Translations under genes and position numbers: made by a program
The notes under the pieces: model-generated
Told to the model about the DNA's origin: nothing
The model's database searches: none
What the model saw: the letters and a program-made list of their open reading frames with translations, nothing else
In this document: piece by piece, positions 16,769 to 26,229 of the stretch
Layout of the letters: every line of letters starts with the position of its first letter
Position numbering within the stretch: the stretch's first letter is position 1
NCBI RefSeq assembly: GCF_000025945.1
Contig: NC_006138.1
Coordinates: 3,240,001 to 3,272,000, forward strand
Direction of reading: 5' to 3'
DNA: 32,000 bases
Source of the DNA: Desulfotalea psychrophila LSv54
GTDB lineage: Bacteria; Desulfobacterota; Desulfobulbia; Desulfobulbales; Desulfocapsaceae

Positions 16769-19700
16769 ATGTCGAGAAAAATGGTTACGATTGACGGCTG
16801 TCAGGCTTGTACTCATGTTGCCTACGCCACAAGTGAAGTAATAACAATCTACCCCATCACTCCTTCATCGCCAATGGCTGCTGAAGCGGACACCAAGTCT
16901 GCTAGTAAGCAAAAGAACATCTGGGGATCTGTACCCGTTGTAACCCAACTTCAATCTGAAGGTGGTGTTGCCGGTGCTCTCCATGGATCACTGACCACAG
17001 GTGCTGTCTGTACCACTTTTACTGCCTCTCAGGGACTCCTTTTGATGATCCCTAATATGTACAAGATTGCAGGCGAGCTCATCCCTACCGTCTTTCATGT
17101 AACTGCCCGCGCCCTTGCCTACCAAGGTCTCTCCATCTTTGGCGACCACAGTGATATCTATGCTGCCCGTCAAACTGGTTGGGCTATGCTCTGCTCACAG
17201 AATGTGCAGGAAAGCATGGATATGTCTCTGATCTCCACTCAGGCTACCCTCCGTTCTCGCATCCCATTCATGCACTTCTTCGATGGTTTCCGTACCTCCC
17301 ACGAAATCCAAAAAGTAGAAGAGGTTCCCTACGAAGTTATATCAGAGGTCGTTGACGAAGATCTGGTTCTTGCCCACAGAAATCGTGCCCTCACCCCTGA
17401 TCGCCCCATGCTTCGTGGTACCGCTCAAAACCCTGATGTTTACTTCACCGGTCGTGAAACTGTAAATAAATACTACGACGCTACCCCTGCAATTGTTCAA
17501 GAAACCATGGACAAATTCGCAGAGCTTACCGGTCGTCAGTATCACCTCTTTGACTACCTTGGTGCCCCTGACGCTGAAGATGTTATTGTGATGATGGGAT
17601 CCGGTTGTGAGACCGTTGCCTCAACCGTTAACTACCTCAACGCCCGAGGTGGAAAAACTGGTCTGGTCATCGTTCGTCTTTACCGCCCATTCGACGCTGC
17701 TGCCATGGTTAACAGCCTGCCAAGCACCGTTGAACGCATCACCGTACTCGACAGAACCAAAGAGTGTGGCGCCATTGGCGAGCCTCTCTATCTTGACGTA
17801 CGCGCTGCAGTTAGCGAAGCGGTTGAGCAAAACCCAAGCGCCTATTCACCACTGATCCTCAGCGGTCGTTATGGTCTTGGTTCTGCAGAGTTCACCCCTA
17901 CCATGGTTAAAGCTATATTTGAAAATATGGTCGCCATGGCTCCAAAGAACAAGTTCTGTGTTGGACCAAACGACGATGTAACCTTCACCAGCCTTGACTT
18001 CGATAAAGATTTCAGCATCGAAGGCGATGATGTTTACCGCGCCATGTTCTACGGTTTGGGTTCCGATGGTACAGTAGGTGCTAACAAAAACACCATCAAG
18101 ATCATTGGTACAGAAACCGACAACTATGCCCAAGGGTACTTTGTTTACGATTCCAAGAAATCTGGCTCCATCACCACCAGTCATCTTCGTTTCGGCAAAA
18201 ACCCAATTACTGCCCCATACCTTATTGAGAAGGCAAACTTTATCGCCTGTCACAATCCAACATTTTTGGAACAGTATGACATGGTGGGTAACTTGGCCGA
18301 TGGCGGAATCTTCCTTCTTACCACCGGACACAGCAAAGACGAGATCTGGAATCACCTGCCAAAACAGGTACAAAAAGATCTTATTGCCAAAAATGCCAAA
18401 TTCTTCATCATTGATGCAGTAAGCCTTGGCCAGGAGCTTGGTCTTGGTGCCCGCATCAACATGATCATGCAAACTGCCTTCTTCCTTATCTCTGGAATTC
18501 TTGAGAAAGATGAAGCTATTGCAGCAATCAAGAAGGCAATCTACAAAACCTACGGCAAAAAAGGCGACAAGGTTGTTCAGATGAACTACGATGCCGTTGA
18601 CGGTGCTGTAGAAAACATCGTTGAAGTAGCCCTTGGGACCAACACCGACGGACACGATCTGCCGCCAGTTATGGCAGGAGACGCTCCTGCATTCGTACAA
18701 AATGTTACCGCTAAAATTGCTCAGGGTAAGGGCGATCAGGTAAAAGTTTCCGAGATGCCTAACGACGGTACCTGGCCTACAGCCACCACCCAATACGAGA
18801 AACGTAATATCGGTGTTAATGTTCCTGAATGGCTTTCAGAGAACTGTATCCAATGTGGTCAATGTTCCCTTGTCTGTCCTCATGCTGCTATCCGCATCAA
18901 GGTTGCACAAAATCTTGACAATGCCCCAGCAGGTGTGAAATCTCTTGATGCCGTTGGTAAAAACTTCAAGGGTTCCAAATTTGTTCTTCAGGTTTTCACC
19001 GAAGACTGCTGTGGTTGTACCCTCTGTGTAGACGCCTGTCCTGCCAAAACCAAAGCGTTGAAGATGATCAAAAACAGCGAAGAGCTCGCTGTTGTTAATC
19101 GTCCTGAGGTTCAATACTTCCTTGACCTTCCTGAGGTCAATCCTGCAGACATCAACCCTGCAACCGTCAAGGGAAGCCAGTTGCTCCGTCCTCTCTTTGA
19201 GTTCTCCGGTGCATGTGCTGGTTGTGGCGAGACTCCATACGTAAAACTTGTTACCCAACTCTTTGGTGACAGAATGCTTGTGGCCAATGCCACAGGTTGT
19301 TCTTCTATTTACGGTGGTAACCTGCCAACCACACCATATGCAAAACGCAAAGATGGTCGTGGCCCAGCATGGTCAAGCTCTCTCTTCGAAGATAATGCTG
19401 AATTTGGTATCGGTATGCGCTTCACGGCAAATAAGCTTGCCGAGCAGGCAACCGAATTGCTTAAACTGGCAGTAGAAGAAAGTGTGATAGACGGTGCCTT
19501 CGCCGAAAGTGTGATTGATGCTGATCAAAGCAACCAAACCGCTATCGAAGAGCAACGCGCTCGTGTTGAAGAGCTCAAAGAGCTTCTTAAGGGCGCCCAG
19601 GGAATGACCGCAAAACGTCTCCTCTCCATCGCTGACTACCTCACTAAGAAATCTGTTTGGATCATTGGTGGTGACGGTTGGGCATATGATATCGGTTATG

Positions 19701-20311
19701 GCGGACTCGATCACGTACTTGCCTCCGGCGAGAACGTCAACGTTCTTCTCCTTGACACCGAGGTATACTCCAATACCGGTGGTCAGATGTCCAAATCTAC
19801 CCCACGGGCAGCAACTGCTCAGTTTGCAGCGGGCGGCAAGAAGAGAGCCAAGAAAGATATCGGCATGATCTTCTCCACCTACGGCAATGTATTTATTGCT
19901 AAAATTGCAATTGGCGCAAACCCTGCCCAGGCCGTTAGAGCAATTGCTGAGGCTGAGGCATATGACGGACCATCTCTGATCATCGCCTACTCACACTGCA
20001 TTAACCACGGTATCAATATGCAAAAGGGTATGGATCAACAGAAGAAGGCTGTAGAATGTGGTCACTGGCCTCTCTACACCTACAACCCTGATCTTGAAGA
20101 GGCAGGCAAAAATCCTTTTAAGATCTCCAGTAAAGAGCCTAGCATCGCCTTTGCAGACTATGCACTGAACGAGAACCGTTACCGCATGCTCAAGCGGGCT
20201 AACCCTACTGAAGCGGATGCCCTTATGGAACTCGCTGATAAGGATAACCACAAGGCATGGAAGTTCCTCAAGGGTCGTGCTGCGGCACTTGAGCCAGAAA
20301 CAGCAGAGTAG
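16769..20311 (+). CDS. nifJ: Pyruvate:ferredoxin (flavodoxin) oxidoreductase, single-chain
   Basis: 1180 aa: YPITPSSPMAAEAD, ferredoxin modules CIQCGQCSLVCPHAAIR and CCGCTLCVDACPAK, CAGCGETPYVKL, TPP motif GGDGWAYDIGYGGLDHVL. RBS AAGGAG. Confidence 0.98.
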   Translation: MSRKMVTIDGCQACTHVAYATSEVITIYPITPSSPMAAEADTKSASKQKNIWGSVPVVTQLQSEGGVAGALHGSLTTGAVCTTFTASQGLLLMIPNMYKIAGELIPTVFHVTARALAYQGLSIFGDHSDIYAARQTGWAMLCSQNVQESMDMSLISTQATLRSRIPFMHFFDGFRTSHEIQKVEEVPYEVISEVVDEDLVLAHRNRALTPDRPMLRGTAQNPDVYFTGRETVNKYYDATPAIVQETMDKFAELTGRQYHLFDYLGAPDAEDVIVMMGSGCETVASTVNYLNARGGKTGLVIVRLYRPFDAAAMVNSLPSTVERITVLDRTKECGAIGEPLYLDVRAAVSEAVEQNPSAYSPLILSGRYGLGSAEFTPTMVKAIFENMVAMAPKNKFCVGPNDDVTFTSLDFDKDFSIEGDDVYRAMFYGLGSDGTVGANKNTIKIIGTETDNYAQGYFVYDSKKSGSITTSHLRFGKNPITAPYLIEKANFIACHNPTFLEQYDMVGNLADGGIFLLTTGHSKDEIWNHLPKQVQKDLIAKNAKFFIIDAVSLGQELGLGARINMIMQTAFFLISGILEKDEAIAAIKKAIYKTYGKKGDKVVQMNYDAVDGAVENIVEVALGTNTDGHDLPPVMAGDAPAFVQNVTAKIAQGKGDQVKVSEMPNDGTWPTATTQYEKRNIGVNVPEWLSENCIQCGQCSLVCPHAAIRIKVAQNLDNAPAGVKSLDAVGKNFKGSKFVLQVFTEDCCGCTLCVDACPAKTKALKMIKNSEELAVVNRPEVQYFLDLPEVNPADINPATVKGSQLLRPLFEFSGACAGCGETPYVKLVTQLFGDRMLVANATGCSSIYGGNLPTTPYAKRKDGRGPAWSSSLFEDNAEFGIGMRFTANKLAEQATELLKLAVEESVIDGAFAESVIDADQSNQTAIEEQRARVEELKELLKGAQGMTAKRLLSIADYLTKKSVWIIGGDGWAYDIGYGGLDHVLASGENVNVLLLDTEVYSNTGGQMSKSTPRAATAQFAAGGKKRAKKDIGMIFSTYGNVFIAKIAIGANPAQAVRAIAEAEAYDGPSLIIAYSHCINHGINMQKGMDQQKKAVECGHWPLYTYNPDLEEAGKNPFKISSKEPSIAFADYALNENRYRMLKRANPTEADALMELADKDNHKAWKFLKGRAAALEPETAE

Positions 20312-20360
20312 TCACTACTCACACTGAAAGATATGTCCCTGGTCTCCAGGGGCATAGAAC

Positions 20361-20400
20361 AAAAAAGGGGCCGTGGAAAATTTTCCACGGCCCCTTTTTT
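20361..20400 (+). terminator. Bidirectional Rho-independent terminator between convergent nifJ and the YkgJ-family gene
   Basis: Perfect 40-bp palindrome AAAAAAGGGGCCGTGGAAAATTTTCCACGGCCCCTTTTTT; U-tract on both strands. Confidence 0.95.
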
Positions 20401-20441
20401 TATCCAGCTAAAGACAACTACAGCACAAAGCTTACAAACGC

Positions 20442-21377
20442 TTAATCCCGAGCAGCCATAAGTTCTTCATACTCACGAACGGAGTTGAGTACAGACTCGT
20501 CCTGACGCTGTTTTATCTGCTCAATTTTAGCCTCAACCTTGGCCGGCTTGATGGTCATTGTCTGGGCGCCAAAGAGAGTCGCTGCAAGAAATTTAAAGGA
20601 GAAGAACATGAGCTCCACATCGTCCTCTTTTACCTTGGCTAGGGTTTCCTCGTCTACCTCATAGGTATCAAGAAAGCTACTCTCAAAGATAAAACGTCTA
20701 AAATGGGCAAGATCCGTTGAGGCCATAAAGAACATTCTCTTAGCCTGCTCTGAAAGAGTTGCCTGCACACCATAGGACTTACGACGCATAATAAGACGCA
20801 ACCACTCCTTATTCATTTCATCCCGAACATCAACACCCTGATCTGCCCGCCACTCACGAACGGTCCACTCCTTATCTTCCTCAAAGCCCTTGCAATGATC
20901 TTCCTTAACCATAAAGAAAAACTTATCCTCATCCCCCAGGGTCTCATTACCATCGGCATCACGGCTTCCACCCTCGTGAAAATCTGCCATACCAACGGGA
21001 TAATAACGACATGCCGAAGGACGATCCTCATATACGGTGCAACCCTCAGGAGTTACAAAGGGACATTTATGCTCGTCTTCATCGTTCAGCTTAATCATAA
21101 CGCCAGGCATATCTGTTTTTTCCAGATAAGTTGGCTGGGTATAGGTGTGCAAGAATTCATGAGCGGGGATATCCAGGCGTTTTATCAACTGAAGGATATC
21201 ATAGGGGGTCAAAACAATCTTAATTCCACGACAACAAGCTGTAAAGCACTTAACCCCGGGATGACAGCGAAATTTAATTTTGCTGTCAAGGGTTAGCTTC
21301 TGAGGGAGAATCGCCGAAGGGTTTTTCTCCTTGCCAAAAATCGTCTTCTCTTTACCACTTCTCTGCTCATTACTCAT
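20442..21377 (-). CDS. YkgJ-family cysteine cluster protein (putative metal-binding)
   Basis: CHPGVKCFTACCRGIKIVLTPYDI...HKCPFVTPEGCTVYEDRPSACRYYPVG pattern. Confidence 0.88.
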   Translation of the reverse strand: MSNEQRSGKEKTIFGKEKNPSAILPQKLTLDSKIKFRCHPGVKCFTACCRGIKIVLTPYDILQLIKRLDIPAHEFLHTYTQPTYLEKTDMPGVMIKLNDEDEHKCPFVTPEGCTVYEDRPSACRYYPVGMADFHEGGSRDADGNETLGDEDKFFFMVKEDHCKGFEEDKEWTVREWRADQGVDVRDEMNKEWLRLIMRRKSYGVQATLSEQAKRMFFMASTDLAHFRRFIFESSFLDTYEVDEETLAKVKEDDVELMFFSFKFLAATLFGAQTMTIKPAKVEAKIEQIKQRQDESVLNSVREYEELMAARD

Positions 21378-21677
21378 AAGACATCACCTCTGGTAAAAAA
21401 ATATAATTGTCTCTACCCCTTAGAAAAGTAGAGTGAATTTCATTGGGAAGACGTTCATAGTAAACGGCCTAGGCAAAACTGTCAAACTCAATTAAGAACC
21501 GACTTTTTTTGTCAGGAGAAACTCTTGATAAGTCCAGGCAAATTCCGCTTGGCCCCCAATTGCCTATCTTAACTGTTGCAGTTTTGTCTAAATATGCGTA
21601 TATCTCAAACGTTGTTACGTGTTAATATAATAAAGATTTTCCTTCAACCAAGGCCCATGTAGTAAAGGATTTTTTAT

Positions 21678-21872
21678 ATGAAATTGTTCTCTGCCCCAGT
21701 TGATTTAAGTGATGCCGATACAGTCATCTACCATCTCCCCGACGGTCCGGCACTTTCTCTAAGTATAAGTGGGATTGAAGCCTACGTAGATCTGGAGCTT
21801 GAAGTTGGTCATATCTGCGACACCTCTGCCATAGACGGTACTATCCATTTTTTCCCCAGAGGAAACGCCTAA
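21678..21872 (+). CDS. Small hypothetical protein (64 aa)
   Basis: RBS-like AAAGGA upstream of ATG 21678; ends 8 bp before the PHP gene. No motif recognised. Confidence 0.55.
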   Translation: MKLFSAPVDLSDADTVIYHLPDGPALSLSISGIEAYVDLELEVGHICDTSAIDGTIHFFPRGNA

Positions 21873-21880
21873 CTCCTCCC

Positions 21881-22666
21881 ATGTTTAAAACTTTACCAAG
21901 ACCTCTTATTGTAGACAGTCGTTCCGACGGACATGTTCATACCAAATGGTGTCGACATGCAACAGGAGAGATGGAAGATTATGTCCAAGAGGGCCTCCAA
22001 CGTGGCCTGCGTGAAATAATCTTTCTTGAACACATGGAGGAGGGCATCATTACCTCTCGGACCACCTGGCTCAGTGAAGATGAGTTTGATCTCTATTTTG
22101 CAGAGGGTAAGAGGCTACAGGAGAAGTATCGTGGCCAAATAGCGGTAAAAATCGGCGTTGAAGTAGGATATAATCCTGCTTGCACCGAAAAAATTCTGCA
22201 TCGATTATCAACAAGAGCATGGGATAAGATTGGCCTTTCATACCACTTTCTCCCCGTAAAAAATGAACCGCATATCAATCTCTTGAGCAGCAGGCCAGAA
22301 CACAGTCTCAGGGTACGCCAGCGAAGTCCACATAAGATAGCAGAACAATATCTCGATGGGCTGATAAAGGCGGTAGAGATTTTTCCCGTCCATGCCGTCT
22401 GTCATCTAGATGCCGCCCTACGCCATATCCCTGAAATTAGCTTTGCCAAACACCACTTGGCAAAGGTCAGGCAACTATTAGCCATCATCCAGAGGAAAGG
22501 CATTGCCCTTGAAATAAACACCTCTGGATTTGATTACCGCAACGAATGCTTTCCTGCCCACAGCATCATAGCTATTGCCCAGGAAATGGGCGTCCTCTTT
22601 GTAGCAGGATCCGACGCCCATAGCCCGAAAGATGTTGGCCGCTACTTCGACAGATTCCCTACCTAG
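21881..22666 (+). CDS. PHP-domain phosphoesterase, histidinol-phosphatase-like
   Basis: DGHVHTKWCRHATGEMEDYVQEGLQRGLREIIFLEH...GVEVGYNP...HLDAALRHIPE...VAGSDAHSPKDVGR. Confidence 0.85.
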   Translation: MFKTLPRPLIVDSRSDGHVHTKWCRHATGEMEDYVQEGLQRGLREIIFLEHMEEGIITSRTTWLSEDEFDLYFAEGKRLQEKYRGQIAVKIGVEVGYNPACTEKILHRLSTRAWDKIGLSYHFLPVKNEPHINLLSSRPEHSLRVRQRSPHKIAEQYLDGLIKAVEIFPVHAVCHLDAALRHIPEISFAKHHLAKVRQLLAIIQRKGIALEINTSGFDYRNECFPAHSIIAIAQEMGVLFVAGSDAHSPKDVGRYFDRFPT

Positions 22667-24288
22667 ACAACTCCACAGGCAGTTTCCATGGCAACTTTCA
22701 AGGTCTTTGCGGTAAATGGCTTACGTAGTATGCCATTCACCCCCGCCTCTCTTGCCAACTGGTTATCATTCTGTTCATCTTGGGTGGTGACCATCAATAC
22801 AGGAAGAACATCCCGAGAATATTTTTCCCGAAGCCTCTCGGTGAGTTGAACCCCGGTGACAAGAGGCATATTCAAATCAGTAAGCACCATAAACGGTTTT
22901 TCTTCTTTCTCCAACCACTGCAGAGCAGCTTCAGGAAACTCAAAGAGAACAGGTTCATAGCCCAATTCATGAAGGGTTGATTTGTAAATCTTAAGAACCA
23001 TCCTCGAATCATCAACAGCCACAACCTTCTGCCGAACCAGACTGTCCACTCCGCCAAGCACCTGCTGGGCTAAATCATCCCTGCCTATTCCCAAGAGAAG
23101 ACCACGATAACGCTCTCTTATATCAAGATGACTCTCTGGCAAATACCCTATAGCAATGCGCCAAAAGATTTCATCAACCACAAGAGCCAAAAAAAGGCGG
23201 TCAACTTCAGCAGATATAATAGCCCGGACAATACGAGAGGCATCCTCCAGAGACCCACGTAACAGATTTTTTATACCGACCACAAAGAAGGGAGAATAAT
23301 TTTTTTCAATTGCCCTGGCAGCTGCCAGGCAAACATGTTCCTCACCATCACTGAGTCCTTCCGTCAGGCTATAGGCAGATTTGTCCATGGGGAGAAGGGC
23401 AAGAGCCTCATAGGCGGCAAAACGCACGTTAGGGTCAGCTGGCAGATGAGAGAGCAGCTGCCGAATCGGCGACACGGCCTGACCATCACCCAGATCACCC
23501 AATACGTTGAGAACATGAACAATAAAATCCGAATCACCATCCGCTAGTTGAGAAATAAGGGCTGAAACAGATTTCCCCCCTATATCAATAAGCTTCTGTT
23601 TGGCGAAAGTACGTAAATATGCCTCACGGGAACGAAGGGCCTGACAGAGACACTCTATTGATTTTTGATCCTGCAGGGTGACAAAAATCGAGAGAATAGC
23701 GAGATCTATCTCGGTATCACTATCCATCCTGCGACCCAGTCCATCTACGGCCTCAGGACCGCCAATCCTGCCGAGCGAATGAATCGCTGCCATGACAAGC
23801 TCCTGACTTGCCGAATAGAGATAGTCTGTCAACACAGGGACAGCACGAGTATCGGCAATTTTTCCCAGTGTCCCTATGATGCAGGCGATCTCAGCAACAT
23901 TTTCAGTTTTATTAATCAAGCCCAGAAGGGCAGGCACCGTCTCCAGAGTTTTAAGTTCTCCGGCAATACGTATTAACTCTATCTTATCGGCGATTACAGA
24001 CGATTCCAAAAAACCCGATAACTTTTCAGGAAAGGCCATAAAACAGGAGAAAAGAGTGCTACGGACAACCCCACCTTTCATGTCAACATGGCCATGCTCT
24101 GTCAAAAGGTACACAAGAAGGGGCACTTGAAACTCTATTTCAGCACGAGAAAGTATATAGAGCAACTTTCCCTGAGTTGGAGAATCAACTCTATCAATAT
24201 AAGCCAAAACAAGACGCGCCTTTAAGGCATCGCCTGTTCTAACATTTTCCACCAACTCTTCTAGCATATGCTTTACATCAAATCCCAC
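22663..24288 (-). CDS. HEAT-repeat protein with C-terminal CheY-like receiver domain
   Basis: Repeated HEAT-like units (VPVLTDYLYSASQELVMAAIHSLGRIGGPEAVDGL etc.), then VVAVDDSRMVLKIYKSTL...MVLTDLNMPLVTG...ILRKPFT. GTG start with AAGGAG RBS. Confidence 0.9.
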   Translation of the reverse strand: MGFDVKHMLEELVENVRTGDALKARLVLAYIDRVDSPTQGKLLYILSRAEIEFQVPLLVYLLTEHGHVDMKGGVVRSTLFSCFMAFPEKLSGFLESSVIADKIELIRIAGELKTLETVPALLGLINKTENVAEIACIIGTLGKIADTRAVPVLTDYLYSASQELVMAAIHSLGRIGGPEAVDGLGRRMDSDTEIDLAILSIFVTLQDQKSIECLCQALRSREAYLRTFAKQKLIDIGGKSVSALISQLADGDSDFIVHVLNVLGDLGDGQAVSPIRQLLSHLPADPNVRFAAYEALALLPMDKSAYSLTEGLSDGEEHVCLAAARAIEKNYSPFFVVGIKNLLRGSLEDASRIVRAIISAEVDRLFLALVVDEIFWRIAIGYLPESHLDIRERYRGLLLGIGRDDLAQQVLGGVDSLVRQKVVAVDDSRMVLKIYKSTLHELGYEPVLFEFPEAALQWLEKEEKPFMVLTDLNMPLVTGVQLTERLREKYSRDVLPVLMVTTQDEQNDNQLAREAGVNGILRKPFTAKTLKVAMETACGVV

Positions 24289-24343
24289 TGCATCTCCTTA
24301 AAAAGCTGGTCTCAACGCGCCAACCTTAGACAACGAATAGACC

Positions 24344-26071
24344 TTAGACCGGTAACCAGTCAGCTCCCATCCGTTTAATAAAATTATAACCACCTGCCAG
24401 AACAATATTATTCTCCAGGCCAACAGAATCTAAAAGTCTCTGTATTTCAAATGACCTGGATCCTGCGTTACAAAAGATCACCAATGTTTTATCGGTGGGC
24501 AACTCCGCATATCTATCCCGTACCTGCTCATAGGGCAAGTTCAACCAGAGATCACCATATTTTTCCATAAAAGGCTTTGCCTGCTTTGGATGACGGACAT
24601 CAAGCACCAACCAATCGGGCTGACTTGTCACATTCTCCATCCAGGCATAAAATAGCTCCAAACGCATTTGCCGCATACGTCCATCTATAAGATTCTCGGC
24701 CACATATCCCGCAGCATTAATCGCATCAATGGCTGTTGAAAATGGCGGGGCATAGGCCATTTCAATATTACCAAAATCATCCACCGTAGCACCTGCCGTA
24801 ATGGCAACAGCAGCAGCATCTATACGGGCAAGGAGGGCATCACTGGCGCCACCAATGCCCTGAAGGCCAAGCACCCTTCGGGTTCTTCTATCAAAGACAA
24901 GCTGCAGGCAGAGCACCTGTTGGGTCGGAAAGAAATGAGCTCTATCGGATGAGCTAGTCAGGGAGACATCGGCATCAAAACCTTCTGCCAGGGCGGACTC
25001 AAGGCTCAATCCCGTTGATGCAGCCGAAAAATCAAAGGCCTTTAAGATAAAACTACCAATGGCACCCTTGAAAATCGTGGGAATGCCAACAATATTATCA
25101 GCTGCAACTCGTCCCTCTTTATTGGCAAGACTACCCAGAGGGGCATAAAAAGAACGACCTGATACCAGATGAGGAATTTCTACACAATCACCTGCTGCAT
25201 AAATTGTAGGATCAGAGGTCTGCATCCTCTCATTAACCACGATGCCACCCTTACTGGAAACGTGCAGTCCGGCCTCTTTGGCAAGCTCTGAACGAGGACG
25301 AACACCCGTCGCCATGATAACCATATCGCAGTCAAGCGTCTTACCGGAACTGAGACGGACCCCAGCCACATGGTCAGCATCACCTGCTACTATCTCAGCC
25401 GCACTCTCGCCAAGATACAGGTGAACATCCTTGTCATCCATATGCTGGGCAAGCATAGCTGCCATGGGCCAATCGAGGATATTGGGTAAAAGTTGTTTTT
25501 GGAACTCCACCAGAGAAGTTTCAACACCCCAAAGATCCTTAAGGGCTTCAGCCATCTCAATACCAATGGCACCACCACCGATAACAACAGCTTTACCCAC
25601 CTGTCCCTTGGCAATTCTTGCCTTTATCTCAATGGCCTTATGCATATCAGTGACGGTAAAGACCCCATCAAGGTCTACCCCGGGAATAGGGAGGATAAAG
25701 GGCTGACTACCCGTGGCAAGCAGTAACTTATCGTAGGAGACTGTCTCCTCTGCGCCCGTCTTTACATCTTGCAACAAGACGGTTTTCTCTGCCCGATCAA
25801 TAGAAATAGCTCGGGTTGAGGTCATTGCCGTAACCCTCTTCGCCTTATCAAAAAAGAACTCATCCCGTAACATATGAAAACTTGTTGAACGAAGCTCCTT
25901 CTCATCCGCTACATCACCAGAGACATAATATGGGATACCGCAACCGCCATAGGAAATAAGCGCATCCTGATCAATAACAACAACCTCCGCTCTAGGCGAC
26001 AGACGCTTAATGCGACAGGCAGCTTTAGGGCCAGCAGCAACACCACCAATAATGACGATACGTTCTCCCAT
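24344..26071 (-). CDS. FAD-dependent pyridine nucleotide-disulfide oxidoreductase (CoA-disulfide reductase/NADH oxidase-like) fused to rhodanese
   Basis: MGERIVIIGGVAAGPKAACRIKRLSPRAEVVVIDQDALISYGGCGIPYYVSG; TIYAAGDCVEI; EMAYAPPFSTAIDAINAAGYVAEN; C-terminal rhodanese LVIFCNAGSRS. Start set at ATG 26071 with GGAG RBS (track start 26158). Confidence 0.92.
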   Translation of the reverse strand: MGERIVIIGGVAAGPKAACRIKRLSPRAEVVVIDQDALISYGGCGIPYYVSGDVADEKELRSTSFHMLRDEFFFDKAKRVTAMTSTRAISIDRAEKTVLLQDVKTGAEETVSYDKLLLATGSQPFILPIPGVDLDGVFTVTDMHKAIEIKARIAKGQVGKAVVIGGGAIGIEMAEALKDLWGVETSLVEFQKQLLPNILDWPMAAMLAQHMDDKDVHLYLGESAAEIVAGDADHVAGVRLSSGKTLDCDMVIMATGVRPRSELAKEAGLHVSSKGGIVVNERMQTSDPTIYAAGDCVEIPHLVSGRSFYAPLGSLANKEGRVAADNIVGIPTIFKGAIGSFILKAFDFSAASTGLSLESALAEGFDADVSLTSSSDRAHFFPTQQVLCLQLVFDRRTRRVLGLQGIGGASDALLARIDAAAVAITAGATVDDFGNIEMAYAPPFSTAIDAINAAGYVAENLIDGRMRQMRLELFYAWMENVTSQPDWLVLDVRHPKQAKPFMEKYGDLWLNLPYEQVRDRYAELPTDKTLVIFCNAGSRSFEIQRLLDSVGLENNIVLAGGYNFIKRMGADWLPV

Positions 26072-26229
26072 TCTTTTCTCCAAGAGTATTTTAATAATAA
26101 TTCCTATGCTAACAAGCATCATTGCCCAGGCCCTAAAGGCACCGGCCAACAACAGCATACAAACAATTTATCCCCTAAATAAACTCATCGCCATGAGGTG
26201 AGCTCACAGTATAAATTCATTTTCAATAC

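Noticed and set aside
17846-18793. 315-aa ORF antisense to nifJ
   Set aside because: It lies wholly inside a strongly conserved PFOR coding region on the opposite strand, has no recognisable domain and a composition typical of shadow ORFs.
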